DNA of 15,864 nucleotides. Origin: Octopus sinensis (taxonomy: Eukaryota). The stretch spans positions 1 to 15,864 of the forward strand of contig NW_021836638.1 of NCBI RefSeq assembly GCF_006345805.1, given 5' to 3'. Below are positions 1 to 9,272 of this stretch, one piece after another (position 1 is the stretch's first letter; each line of letters starts with the position of its first letter). The notes beneath the pieces were generated by a model. It made no database searches, was not told the DNA's origin, and saw only the letters and a program-made list of their open reading frames with translations. The position numbers and the translations under genes are program-made.

Positions 1-163
1 GTTGCAGTATTTGTAATGGTGGTGACAGTATATGTTGTAGTATTTGTAGTGGTGGTGACAGTATACGCGGTAATTCTGGTAGTGGTGGTGACAGTATATG
101 TTGCAGTATTTGTAGTGGTGGTGACAGTATACGTGGTAATAATGGCAGTGATGGTGACAGTAT
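1..163 (+). repeat. 33-bp minisatellite with two unit variants, running off the left edge
   Basis: GGTGACAGTAT recurs at 21, 54, 87, 120 and 153 (exact 33-bp period). Units alternate between a TATGTTG(C/T)AGTATTTGTAG type and a TACG(C/T)GGTAAT type. Confidence 0.9.
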
Positions 164-430
164 GGTCGATGTAATCGACTTAATCCGTGTGTCTGTCCTT
201 GTTTGTCCCCTCTGTGTTTAGCCCCTTGTGGGTAGTAAAGAAATAGGTATTTCGTCTGCCGCCTCGTTCTGAGTTCAAATTCCACCGAGGTCGACTTTAC
301 CTTTCATCCTTTCGGGGTCGATTAAATAAGTACCAGTTACACACTGGAGTCCATATAATCGACTTAGTATTTGTCTGTCCTTGTTTGTCCCTCTCTATGT
401 TTAGCCCCTTGTGGGCAATAAAGAAATAAG
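164..430 (+). mobile_element. tRNA-derived SINE sequence in tandem (about 1.4 units of ~184 bp), A box missing
   Basis: B box GAGTTCAAATTCC at 271-283. The segment TAATCGACTTA...TTTAGCCCCTTGTGGG...AAAGAAATA occurs at 172 and again at 356. The middle aligns with the SINE at 8218-8425. Confidence 0.85.
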
Positions 431-470
431 TTAGCTTGCAGACTACATTGTTCCGGGTTCGATCCCACAC
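428..470 (+). mobile_element. SINE head fragment
   Basis: B box GGTTCGATCCC at 456-466, in a context resembling the head of the 8531-8932 family (AAGTAG...CACATGGTTCCGGGTTCAGTCCCAC). Confidence 0.45.
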
Positions 471-550
471 TTCGGGAGAGGGTGAAAGATGAAAAAGCGG
501 AGGAGACGAGAGGGAAGAGAGAACAAGGCGGAAGTTGTTGAAGCTGGTGG

Positions 551-810
551 TGATAACGACGACATGTTTGTCAAGAACGGTGTTGATGGTGATGACGATA
601 ATGATGCCGATGATAATGATGACGATGATGACGTTGATGATGACAAAATGATGAATACGATGATGATATTGCGGATGATGATGACGATGTTGACAATGAT
701 GTTGATGATAGTGATGATGACAATGATGATGATGATGACAATAACGATGATGACGATTATTGTAAGGACGAAATTATTGACCATATCGAAGATTTCGATG
801 ACAAAGAAGA
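551..810 (+). repeat. degenerate (GAT/GAC)n trinucleotide tract
   Basis: Long run of GAT, GAC and AAT triplets. It accounts for the Asp-, Met- and Ile-rich stretches of ORFs 489..941 and 443..1030. Confidence 0.9.
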
Positions 811-867
811 ACGATAAGAAGATTGATAAAACTGAAACAGAATCTATGTCGTCCGAAATCTGGGTGG

Positions 868-1018
868 CAGAAGTAATACTTCTAGCAGTACTAGGCACAG
901 CGGACATCCTACATAAAGGACTTTCAATACAGAGACAGTAAGAGCACCACAACAGACCACAGCACATCGCCAAAGCACACAGAGCAGTGAACACACGCGA
1001 TATAAATATAACTATTGT
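868..1018 (+). mobile_element. 3' end (last codons plus 3' UTR) of an RLE-type non-LTR retrotransposon, R4/Dong-like, decayed
   Basis: 885-932 translates as AVLGTADILHKGLSIQ, matching the C-terminal QKxALLGTAxILRKxL motif that ends the ORF of restriction-like-endonuclease LINEs. The following AAGAGCACCACAACAGACCACAGCACAT...GCACACAGAGC resembles my recollection of an octopus LINE 3' UTR (unverified). Confidence 0.65.
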
Positions 1019-1097
1019 ATAAAAAAACAACTTTTCTATGGATTGTGTAATATATACATATACATTTATAATATATGTGTGTGTCTTAGTGTGTGTG

Positions 1098-1167
1098 TAG
1101 ATAGATTGATAGATTGGTAGATAGATAGGTAGGCAAATAGATATATATGTAGATGGATAGATAGATG
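1098..1167 (+). repeat. degenerate (GATA)n
   Basis: Visible TAGA/TAGG/TTGA tetramers. Confidence 0.85.
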
Positions 1168-1336
1168 TATATATTGGCTTGTATAAACTGGGAGTAAACG
1201 TTATTGATTATGCGCAACAATAGCGAAATTCGATTGGCATTCTTGCAAGACGCTGTCGAGATGATTTTTCGTCTCCCATTGATATATATTGTTTTACTAT
1301 GCTCATCATGTCTGTAAGAAATGTTTGTTAGCGGTG

Positions 1337-1401
<65 letters not shown>
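1337..1401 (+). repeat. compound (TA)n(TG)n microsatellite
   Basis: Perfect TA run followed by a perfect TG run. Confidence 0.97.
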
Positions 1402-1404
<3 letters not shown>

Positions 1405-1661
1405 AGTGTGATATATACATAGCTATTTCATTTTAACACTACATTTCATTAGCGTTGAGCTACTTATGCACACACGAAAAAATATGCACACACACACACA
1501 CACATATATCCAAACATCTCACATTCTTCTAGATATACAGATGAGACATTTATCCAGAAAGGTGGCGAGACCGACGACGACAACGACAGCAACGAGTTTA
1601 CCGATGATGATGAGGATGATGATGATAATTGTAAGGACAAAATGGTTGTGATATAAGTATG

Positions 1662-1672
1662 TAATAATAATA

Positions 1673-1707
<35 letters not shown>
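1662..1707 (+). repeat. (TAA)n microsatellite
   Basis: About 15 TAA units with one TAG interruption. Confidence 0.97.
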
Positions 1708-1708
<1 letters not shown>

Positions 1709-1800
1709 GGAACAGTGAGCAAAAATCTTGAGAAGTACATGGAACAAATACTGGCTGCAGTAAGAGTGGAGCACTTGGAGAAAACAGAACTGCTTGGAAA
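1707..1800 (+). mobile_element. 5'-truncated fragment of an RLE-type non-LTR retrotransposon (R4/Dong-like endonuclease C-terminus)
   Basis: 1709-1798 translates as GTVSKNLEKYMEQILAAVRVEHLEKTELLG, matching the GALG-T-V-x-K-x-LEK-x-L ... LQK-x-ALLG end of RLE domains. It starts directly after the (TAA)n tract. Confidence 0.75.
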
Positions 1801-2022
1801 CACGCGTAGCCTTAGCGTAGTTCTCAGGAAGAGTCAGCGATACACAGAGTATGACAAGGCTGGCCCTTTGAAATACAGGTACAATTCATTTTCGCCAGGT
1901 GAGTCGACTGGGGCAACGTGAAATAAAGTGGCTTACACAAGGACACAGAACACCGCCGGAAATCGAACACACGGCCTTACGATCGTGGGCTGGATACCCT
2001 TACCACTAAGCCACGCGCCTCC
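1797..2022 (-). mobile_element. tRNA-derived SINE with CORE-like middle, apparently 3'-truncated
   Basis: Minus strand: head GGAGGCGCG, A box TGGCTTAGTGG (2013-2003), B box GTTCGATTTCC (1968-1958), then TGTGTCCTTG...CACTTTATTTCACGTTGCCCCAGTC..., which aligns with the 15644 copy. Confidence 0.88.
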
Positions 2023-2141
2023 AATCATTACCCTCTTTTTTTTGGACGAAATGAGATACGAAGCGGACAAAGGGAAAGAAAAGTTTATTCGAATTTTCTA
2101 ATGTCGACACTCGACTCACATTTGTACGTGTGCGTACAGCT

Positions 2142-2157
2142 CTGTGTGTGTGTATGG

Positions 2158-2195
<38 letters not shown>

Positions 2196-2540
2196 GTGTG
2201 TGTGTAAATGTGTGTGTGTGTATGTGTATGTGCGTGTGTGTATGTGTATGTGTGTGTGGGTTTGTATATATGTGTATGTGCTTATGTCTGTGTATGTGTG
2301 TACATGTTGTGTGTGTGCGTATGTTTCTGTGAATGTGTATGTGCGTGTCTATGTGTGTGCGTGTGTTTATGTGAGTGTGTTTCTGTGAATGTGTATGTGC
2401 GTGTCTATGTGTGTGCGTGTATGTGGGTGCGTGTATGTGCATGTGTTTCTGTGAATGTGTATGTGCCTGTTTTTGTGTGTGCGTGTGTGTATGTGAATGT
2501 GCATGTGCCTGTCTTTGTGCGTATGTGTGCGTACGTATTG
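2142..2540 (+). repeat. (TG)n-rich tract with embedded higher-order unit
   Basis: TG/TATG low complexity. GTTTCTGTGAATGTGTATGTGC recurs at 2323, 2379 and 2445. Confidence 0.92.
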
Positions 2541-2829
2541 TGTTTATGAAGGTAAGGCAATCCATTGCCATGTTCCTTTGCACGTTAAACATATTCTGTA
2601 ATAATGGTGCGTAATGTGTATATTAAAACTAAAAGCTGTATGTAATTGTATCAGCGAATGCTTCAGTTTCTCCTTTGAATTCGTCATTCTGTTTATGTTA
2701 ACGTATGTGGAAGAACGATGTAAGGGTGTGCCTCTCTATGTTCTAGCAAAATGTGTCCCACTCTGCAATCACGGATCTATATTAAGTATATTACTATTAA
2801 TGGGCACACGTGCGCGTGTGCCAGGACAC

Positions 2830-3053
2830 ACGAATATACATACATATGCTTACACACATATACACACACATATCTATACACATACCCACACACACATATA
2901 TATATATGCATACATATTTATAATTTATGTATAATGTATATATATATAATCATATATATATATATGTATATATATATGTGTGCGTAACGTTTATGTATAA
3001 TCATATTTATATAGATATATATAGATATATATAGATATATATGTGTTTCTATG

Positions 3054-3092
<39 letters not shown>

Positions 3093-3106
3093 GTGTGTGT
3101 GTGTAT
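2830..3106. repeat. CA/TA low-complexity region ending in an (AC)n-(GT)n palindrome
   Basis: Mixed CA and TA runs. A perfect (AC)n run meets a (GT)n run at CATG, 3088-3091. Confidence 0.85.
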
Positions 3107-3671
3107 TTATAGCATCATACACACGCATACGCTTAAAAATATGTGTATGTCGCTCTGTGAGATATTGGAGAAGTGAATTAAAGAGAGTAGATGCTAGATA
3201 GGTGGGTGAGGAAGGAATGGGTGCTATATCCTTGTATGGGAGAGGCGGGCGTAAGTTCGAATCTTTACAGCATGGTAGGTGGGTCAGAAGGAACAATACG
3301 TTTAATAGTGAACAGAATGAGTGGGAACCAGAATTAGCGCCCAAAAGTGAAAGAGTGAGAAGGAGTGAGTGAAAGAAAGACAGAGACAGAGGGGTGATAA
3401 GGTAAATGCTGCACTGTGTTTGTATGTATGCATATATATGTATGTATCTATGTATGTATTGTGTGAGGGAGGGGTGCGTGCGTTTGCAAGGAGGATATGA
3501 AAGAGCACTTGATAGAGAAAGAGAAGAAGACAATTGCGGCAGCTAAAAACAACTGCATCGACTGCGACAATACTTCAAAAACAATGAAAGATGTAAATTG
3601 TAACGATGAAAACTACACATGATATATATATATATTTAAAACTATATATTCTGAAAGAGAAGATAACAGAT

Positions 3672-3790
3672 TAGGGGAGAGAGAGAGAGGAAAGAGAGGG
3701 GGGATTGAGAGAGAGAGAAGGAGAAGTGGGAGGGAAGCGGAGAGAGAATGAGAGAATCGGAGATGAATATAGAAAAGAAATTAATAATGA
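3672..3790 (+). repeat. purine-rich (GA)n tract
   Basis: Almost exclusively G and A. Confidence 0.85.
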
Positions 3791-3862
3791 AAGTGAAAGT
3801 AAAATATAGCAAATCAAAAAATCAAAAGTATAATTCGCATGGCTAGAATGACAATAGTATAA

Positions 3863-3930
3863 AATAATAATAATAATAATAGATAATAACAACAACAACA
3901 GCAATAATAGTAATAAATAACAACAACAAT

Positions 3931-3977
<47 letters not shown>

Positions 3978-4110
3978 TAATAACAATAATGATAAAAACA
4001 ATAGAAAGAAATATAATAATGTTGATGATTTCTTTTATTTAAACGATAATCATAACAATGATAAAATGACGATAATAATGATGATGTTGATGATAATAAT
4101 AATAATCATT
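3863..4110 (+). repeat. compound (AAT)n/(AAC)n/(GAT)n microsatellite
   Basis: Triplet-periodic tract with a perfect AAT core at about 3933-3975. Confidence 0.93.
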
Positions 4111-4455
4111 GATGATTAAGTAGCGGGGAAAATATAAATATGATCGAGAATAAGAGAGATATTATAGAGTTTGAAGTAAAACTCAATGGTGAAAATAAAG
4201 AGTAATTTTTCCTAAACCGTAAGATTTCAACTTGCGATTTGTTTTAAATTGCTTTCACTATTTATCATCGTCGCTTAAAGAATTCCACGAAGAAAGCAAA
4301 AGACAAGCAATTGAAAATTTTCGGTTTTGACTGAACAATTTGCAGACTATCTTTCTATCTCGCACACAAAAGATATAATCTTTATCATTGTTACATCAGG
4401 TTTGTTCGAGTTGGCTTTTGTTTTTCGACATTTTCCCATCATCACTATCGCCATC

Positions 4456-4500
4456 TTTCTTCTTTCTCTCTCTCTCTCTCTCTTTCTCTCTCTTTTTTTT
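4456..4500 (+). repeat. (TC)n and poly-T
   Basis: Visible directly. Confidence 0.9.
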
Positions 4501-4779
4501 TGGCTACGCATTCGTCTTTCTCTTTTATTAGAAAAGTTGGAATAAATTTCTTTCCTGATTTGTATGATTTGTGTTGTTGTTTCTGAAGTTTGGTGCTGCC
4601 GATATCAAAAGAGATTTTTCCCCCTTGATGATGAATATCTTTAGCTGTATGATTCTTCAGATTCATAAATGATACTTCCATGTAAATGGGAATGAAATAT
4701 AGCAGATTATTGTTCACAGGAACACAAGGAAATTTTATATAAAAACAAAACAAAACAAAGCAAGAACGATTCGACATTT

Positions 4780-4860
4780 ATATCTATATACATATGTCTT
4801 TAGCGTACATATGTGTGTGTGTATGTCTATGTATATATATGTATACATATATATATATAC

Positions 4861-4901
<41 letters not shown>

Positions 4902-5133
4902 CATATATTTAAAAATATATATACGTATATATATATGTATATATGTATACATATATATATACGTATATATATATGTATATATGTATACATATATATATAT
5001 ATACGTATATATATATGTATGTATATGTATATGTGTGTGAATATATAAATATACATATTAATTTTGTATATAATATAATATATTCATATATATATATATG
5101 TATATATCATATATATCATATATTCATATATAT

Positions 5134-5176
<43 letters not shown>

Positions 5177-5260
5177 TATATATATAATATACAATTATAA
5201 TATATATACAAATATAATATATATACAAATTATAATATATATATATATATAATTCTGATA
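4780..5260. repeat. long (TA)n-rich tract with ~38-42-bp higher-order unit
   Basis: ACGT interruptions at 4859, 4923, 4961 and 5003 within alternating purine-pyrimidine sequence. Confidence 0.93.
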
Positions 5261-5815
5261 TTCAAATATATGTCTGTGTGTGTGTACAGCAACATATAGA
5301 CGTACATAGACACACACACTCACACACCACACAAGTTAGCAAATATAGTATATAAGCATAACTTGATATGTAATTAGAGGCAGGATTATTGAATCAGATC
5401 GAGCGACAATAAGGCCAGATACGCACACACACGTACATTACAAACGCGCACATCTACACAGATACACATTCGTACATAAACAGACGCATATATGAAGCCA
5501 TGAGACAATGTTTGAAGAACGTATGAGTGCAACTGCAGGCAAGTTAATCGAATTAATATTCACAGTATTTGCAGAATATTTGCCATACATGAATACTTAC
5601 ATGTATGCGTATTACGTGCGTTGCTTTGATAGTTATAACTGCTGCGTATATGACGAGAGTTTTCAACCGTGATTTTATGTATGCCTGTACATAGTTATGT
5701 ATGTAAGCGCTTATGTGTGTGTATTTATATATATATATATCTACCTATCGATATAATTATATATACACATATAAATATAAGAATATATACATATACAAAC
5801 ACACACACACACACA

Positions 5816-5923
5816 CTTAACCACTAAGAATTGTTCTCCAGAAGATTTTCTGGAGAACAATCCTTTGTGGTTAAGACCATAGCGGATCTTCTTCTAGCAT
5901 AAGGGTTTCCACATAGTGGTTAA
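5816..5923. mobile_element. short palindromic MITE-like repeat, copy 1
   Basis: 28-bp inverted arms (5816-5843 and 5848-5875, 2 mismatches, loop GATT). Ends are TTAACCACTA...TAGTGGTTAA. A homolog lies at 10585-10678. Confidence 0.6.
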
Positions 5924-5938
5924 AAAAATTCCCTTATA

Positions 5939-6235
5939 TCTTTATATATAAAAGTGAAGTTGTGTGTCTGTCTCCTACGATTTAGATTCCTAACTACTCC
6001 CACATTTTGCGGTGCAGTGCAACCAAAAGCGGGTAACTTATAGTCGTAATTCATATCGAGCCCTTCTGGGTATTAGCGCGCGTCTACGATGAGTCTGCAA
6101 TTCAAAAAAAAAATTTGTCATCATTTTTCCCATTTTTAATGCATTTTTTTGCTATTATATAAGGGAAATAACTCTCTAAAAATGCTTATATAGTTATTTC
6201 CTTACAAACCCGGCAACGCCGGGCGATACTGCTAG
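5939..6235 (+). mobile_element. complete non-autonomous Helitron (297 bp)
   Basis: Starts TC after A5938 and ends CTAG (6232-6235) before T6236. A GC hairpin CCCGGC-AAC-GCCGGG (6209-6223) lies 8 nt before CTAG. No target duplication. These are the canonical Helitron hallmarks. Confidence 0.88.
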
Positions 6236-6404
6236 TATATATATATATATATAATATATATTATATATATCTATATATATATATAGGTTATATTTAAACT
6301 TGAAATTTAGATTGGAGACTTTAAAATATAGTGTCCACACTTTGTTTTGGGTATGTCTCTAGTAGTGTGCCTTAATAACACGTTCTCAACTTAGCGCTAT
6401 CAGG

Positions 6405-6625
6405 CGTGTGTGTGTGTGTATTTATTTGTGCCCTATCTGCGCTTGACAACCGATATTGCTGTGTTAACAACCCCGTAACTTAGGGGATAGGCAAAATAGA
6501 CCGATAGAATAAATACCAAGCTTTACATAAAAATAATAAAATGCTGGGGTCTATAAGTGCGACCAAAATTCTTCTAGGCGATGCCCCAGCATGGTCGCAG
6601 TCTAATGACTGAAACGAGTAAGAAA
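6405..6625 (+). mobile_element. 3' half of the 8531-8932 SINE family
   Basis: GCTTGACAACCGAT...GGCAAAATAGACCGATAGAATAA...CCCCAGCATGGTCGCAGTCTAATGACTGAAAC is collinear with the reverse complement of 8531-8750. Confidence 0.82.
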
Positions 6626-7058
6626 AAAAAAACGAAACAGAAAAAAAAGCCTGGACTCGAACTCACAACTTACTCGTAACCAGACATACAGTTTTCCGTC
6701 ATTTGTTATAGCTGGTGCTTATTTTCTTGGGAAACACATTCTGTAGGACAACGGACCTTAGCCAGGGAAAGATTTGTTGTGTATCTCACATTTTTAGAGC
6801 CTTCGTGACTTGCGGGCGAAACGAGGACGCTGTTAAACGCTCTGAGGTTCCAGTCACGGGGATCTTAAAATGGATGGCAGATGAAATATAATCAAAGAGC
6901 AAAAACAGTCCGTATGATGAGGTTCTATATTGTTTGTGCTTTTCGCAAAGCTTTGGTTAACCCAAAACAGTGGCAAAAAGACATTTGTCTGACATCCAAT
7001 GTCACGCAGTGAGATCGAACTTGAAATCTCGTTGTTCCAAAGGAAAATTCTTAAACAG

Positions 7059-7158
7059 AAAGACCAGCAACATACGCTCACACATTCATTGCTTATCCGT
7101 TGCATGTGCCAACATTTTATGATGCTAAACGTCAAGAGGATTCGGCCAAGATCTTGCG
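7059..7158 (+). CDS. candidate internal coding exon, product unknown
   Basis: TTCTTAAACAG| acceptor and CG|GTAACT donor. One open frame, xRPATYAHTFIAYPLHVPTFYDAKRQEDSAKILR, is bounded by stops just outside the splice sites. I recognise no homology. Confidence 0.22.
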
Positions 7159-8217
7159 GTAACTAAACTTGCAAAGTTTAACCTTTCCAAAAAGCTAGAT
7201 TTTACTGCCGCAATATGTCTAAAGAATAGAATAAGTTGGCGAGAAAATTTCGCATTCATTTATTCATGATGCATATAAATGAATATATACAGGATGTCAC
7301 AAATGTTTATAAATCTCAAATTGATAAACACCATATTTTCGAAAACATTAGCGAACTTTGGCATTATAACTACAATTTTAAAGTCGACTCTTTATTTATT
7401 TTTGGAATTGGCCTGGAATTATAATGCGAATCGATTCAATACAGCGAAAGAAGATATCCCAGTTTAACAGGGGAATATTCCCCATTGAACAAAGCAAAAT
7501 GATCCTTAACTCGACTGAAATCACACAGATATATCAAGGGATATGTAAATGCGCTGAATTTGATCGTATTCCAGTTGCTTCTCTGTCGACATTCTGTCTC
7601 GGCTTCACTCGCAAACTGACATTACTGGACCAGGCAGCGTAGTGGGACAGTGTCAGTTGATTATCATAAAACAATATGATAGGAGTTTTGTCTTAAGACA
7701 TACTGTGTAGATAATTCTAGAAAATTTCGAGCCATATTTCATCATTTTGTTTACGTACTTATAATTGTTGTTTTTACTAACGAACACAAATAGACATTAG
7801 TCACGTGTCAGAGAGAAAGATAAAGAGTGAGAATGACTCACTGATCGATATATCACCAGACATCAAGATAGGTTATTCGAATACCTCATCTAGCCACCAT
7901 CTTAGACTATGAGCTCCATTACTCCATCACCAAACTTGCTACCTAACTAAGAAAAACAACAAAAAAGCACATTGTCACTGTTGTTGTTGGTGGTGGTGAT
8001 GTTGTTTAACCTTAAATCAGCGTTAATCGGACAGACTTACAGAACATACAGCGTGTCAAGAGTTTAAGAGCATTTAGTAATGTAATTAATGTCTTCGTTT
8101 TATTGGTAGTTGGTGTTGTTTAACCCCACGTAAGCATGTTCCAGCACATCAGCGATCAAATTTGTTCTGGCCGCGACAATCCACTCTTCTTTGTATATCA
8201 ATATTATACGCAACAAT

Positions 8218-8425
8218 AAGGCGGTGAGCTGGCAGAATCGTTACCGCGCTGGACAGAATGCTGAGCAGCATTTCGTCCGTCTTTACGTTCTGAGTTCAAA
8301 TTCCGTCGTGATCGCATATGCCTTTAATCTTTTCGGGTTAAATAAAGTAAGTCCCAATTAAAGACTCGGGACGTTGTAATCGATTTACACACTCTCCAAT
8401 ATTTTAAGCGGCAATGTCAGCAAAT
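8218..8425 (+). mobile_element. tRNA-derived SINE, same family as 164-430, diverged
   Basis: A-box-like TGGCAGAATCG (8230-8240) and B box GAGTTCAAATTCC (8292-8304). The body aligns with 248-365. Confidence 0.85.
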
Positions 8426-8530
8426 TTCTGGATTGCACAATTGTAGATAGCCAGCCGACTAAGTCAGTATACAAACAGGTTTCCTGTTATCTACTCATGC
8501 ACATTTATAATTATGTAATTATAATTATAT

Positions 8531-8932
8531 ACTCATTTACTCTTTTAATTGTTTCAGTCATTTGACTGCGGCCATGCTGGAGCACCGCCTTTAGTCGAGC
8601 AACTCGACCCCGGGACTTATTCTTTGTAAGCCCAGTACTTATTCTATCGGTCTCTTTTGCCGAACCGCTAAGTGACGTAAACACACCAGCATCGGTTGTC
8701 AAGCAATGCTAGGGGAACAAACACAGACACACAAACACACACACATGCATATATATATATACATATATACGACAGGCTTCTTTCAGTTTCCGTCTACCAA
8801 ATCCACTCACAAGGCATTGGTAGGTCCGGGGCTATAGCAGAAGACACTTGCCCAAGGTGCCACGCTGTGGGACTGAACCCGGAACCATGTGGTTGGTTAG
8901 CAATCTACTTACCACACAGCCACTCCTGCGCC
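8531..8932 (-). mobile_element. full-length tRNA-derived SINE (~400 bp) with an internal TA/TG microsatellite
   Basis: Minus strand: A box TGGCTGTGTGG (8922-8912), B box GGGTTCAGTCCC (8880-8869), internal (TA)n(TG)n, and a tail GGCGGTGCTCCAGCATGGCCGCAGTCAAATGACTGAAAC with short GAGTAAA repeats. Several partial copies occur elsewhere in the window. Confidence 0.92.
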
Positions 8933-9170
8933 TATATAATAATTATTATTGTTATTATGTAATTCTTATTTCGTAATGAGTTAGAAGGTTTTTGAAAATT
9001 TTGACAACAGATAACAATTTTGAGCAACATAAATTTGAGCTGGTATAAAATTTTACATGATGCTTGACAAATGTAATTGCTCCTGCTAAATGCTTTCCAA
9101 AGTTTTCGCCAAAACTAACATTTTTAGGTCGAATAAAGTTTTATTTTTTAAAAATTTTGTTTTTACGTAG

Positions 9171-9207
9171 CACAAGTATCTCAAGGCCAGTCGTTTGTCG
9201 TCTTAAG
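9171..9207 (+). CDS. candidate 37-nt exon, product unknown
   Basis: T-rich acceptor TTTTGTTTTTACGTAG| and donor AAG|GTGAGA. Two of three frames are open (TSISRPVVCRLK or QVSQGQSFVVL). Confidence 0.3.
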
Positions 9208-9272
9208 GTGAGAATTGAAAGCCTCAAGCGACTTGCAAGAAAATGGGAAGAAATATATTCACATATATATGT

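Noticed and set aside
1-163. CRISPR-like 33-bp periodicity
   Set aside because: The units are contiguous with no unique spacers, no cas genes are present, and the context is eukaryotic.
489-830. Asp-rich peptide resembling acidic molluscan biomineralisation proteins
   Set aside because: It is a (GAT)n tract. The frame shifts to Met-rich halfway, there is no signal peptide, and such tracts recur in the window.
7500-7670. Cadherin-like words on the minus strand (NVDRE; TEKQLEYDQIQRIY)
   Set aside because: They lie in two different short frames with stops nearby, and no DxNDN or other cadherin motifs follow. Likely chance, though BLASTX of 6700-7700 would settle it.
8510-8964. ATTATGTAATT on both sides of the full-length SINE as a target-site duplication
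   Set aside because: Neither copy abuts the element ends, and the flanks are AT-only low complexity.
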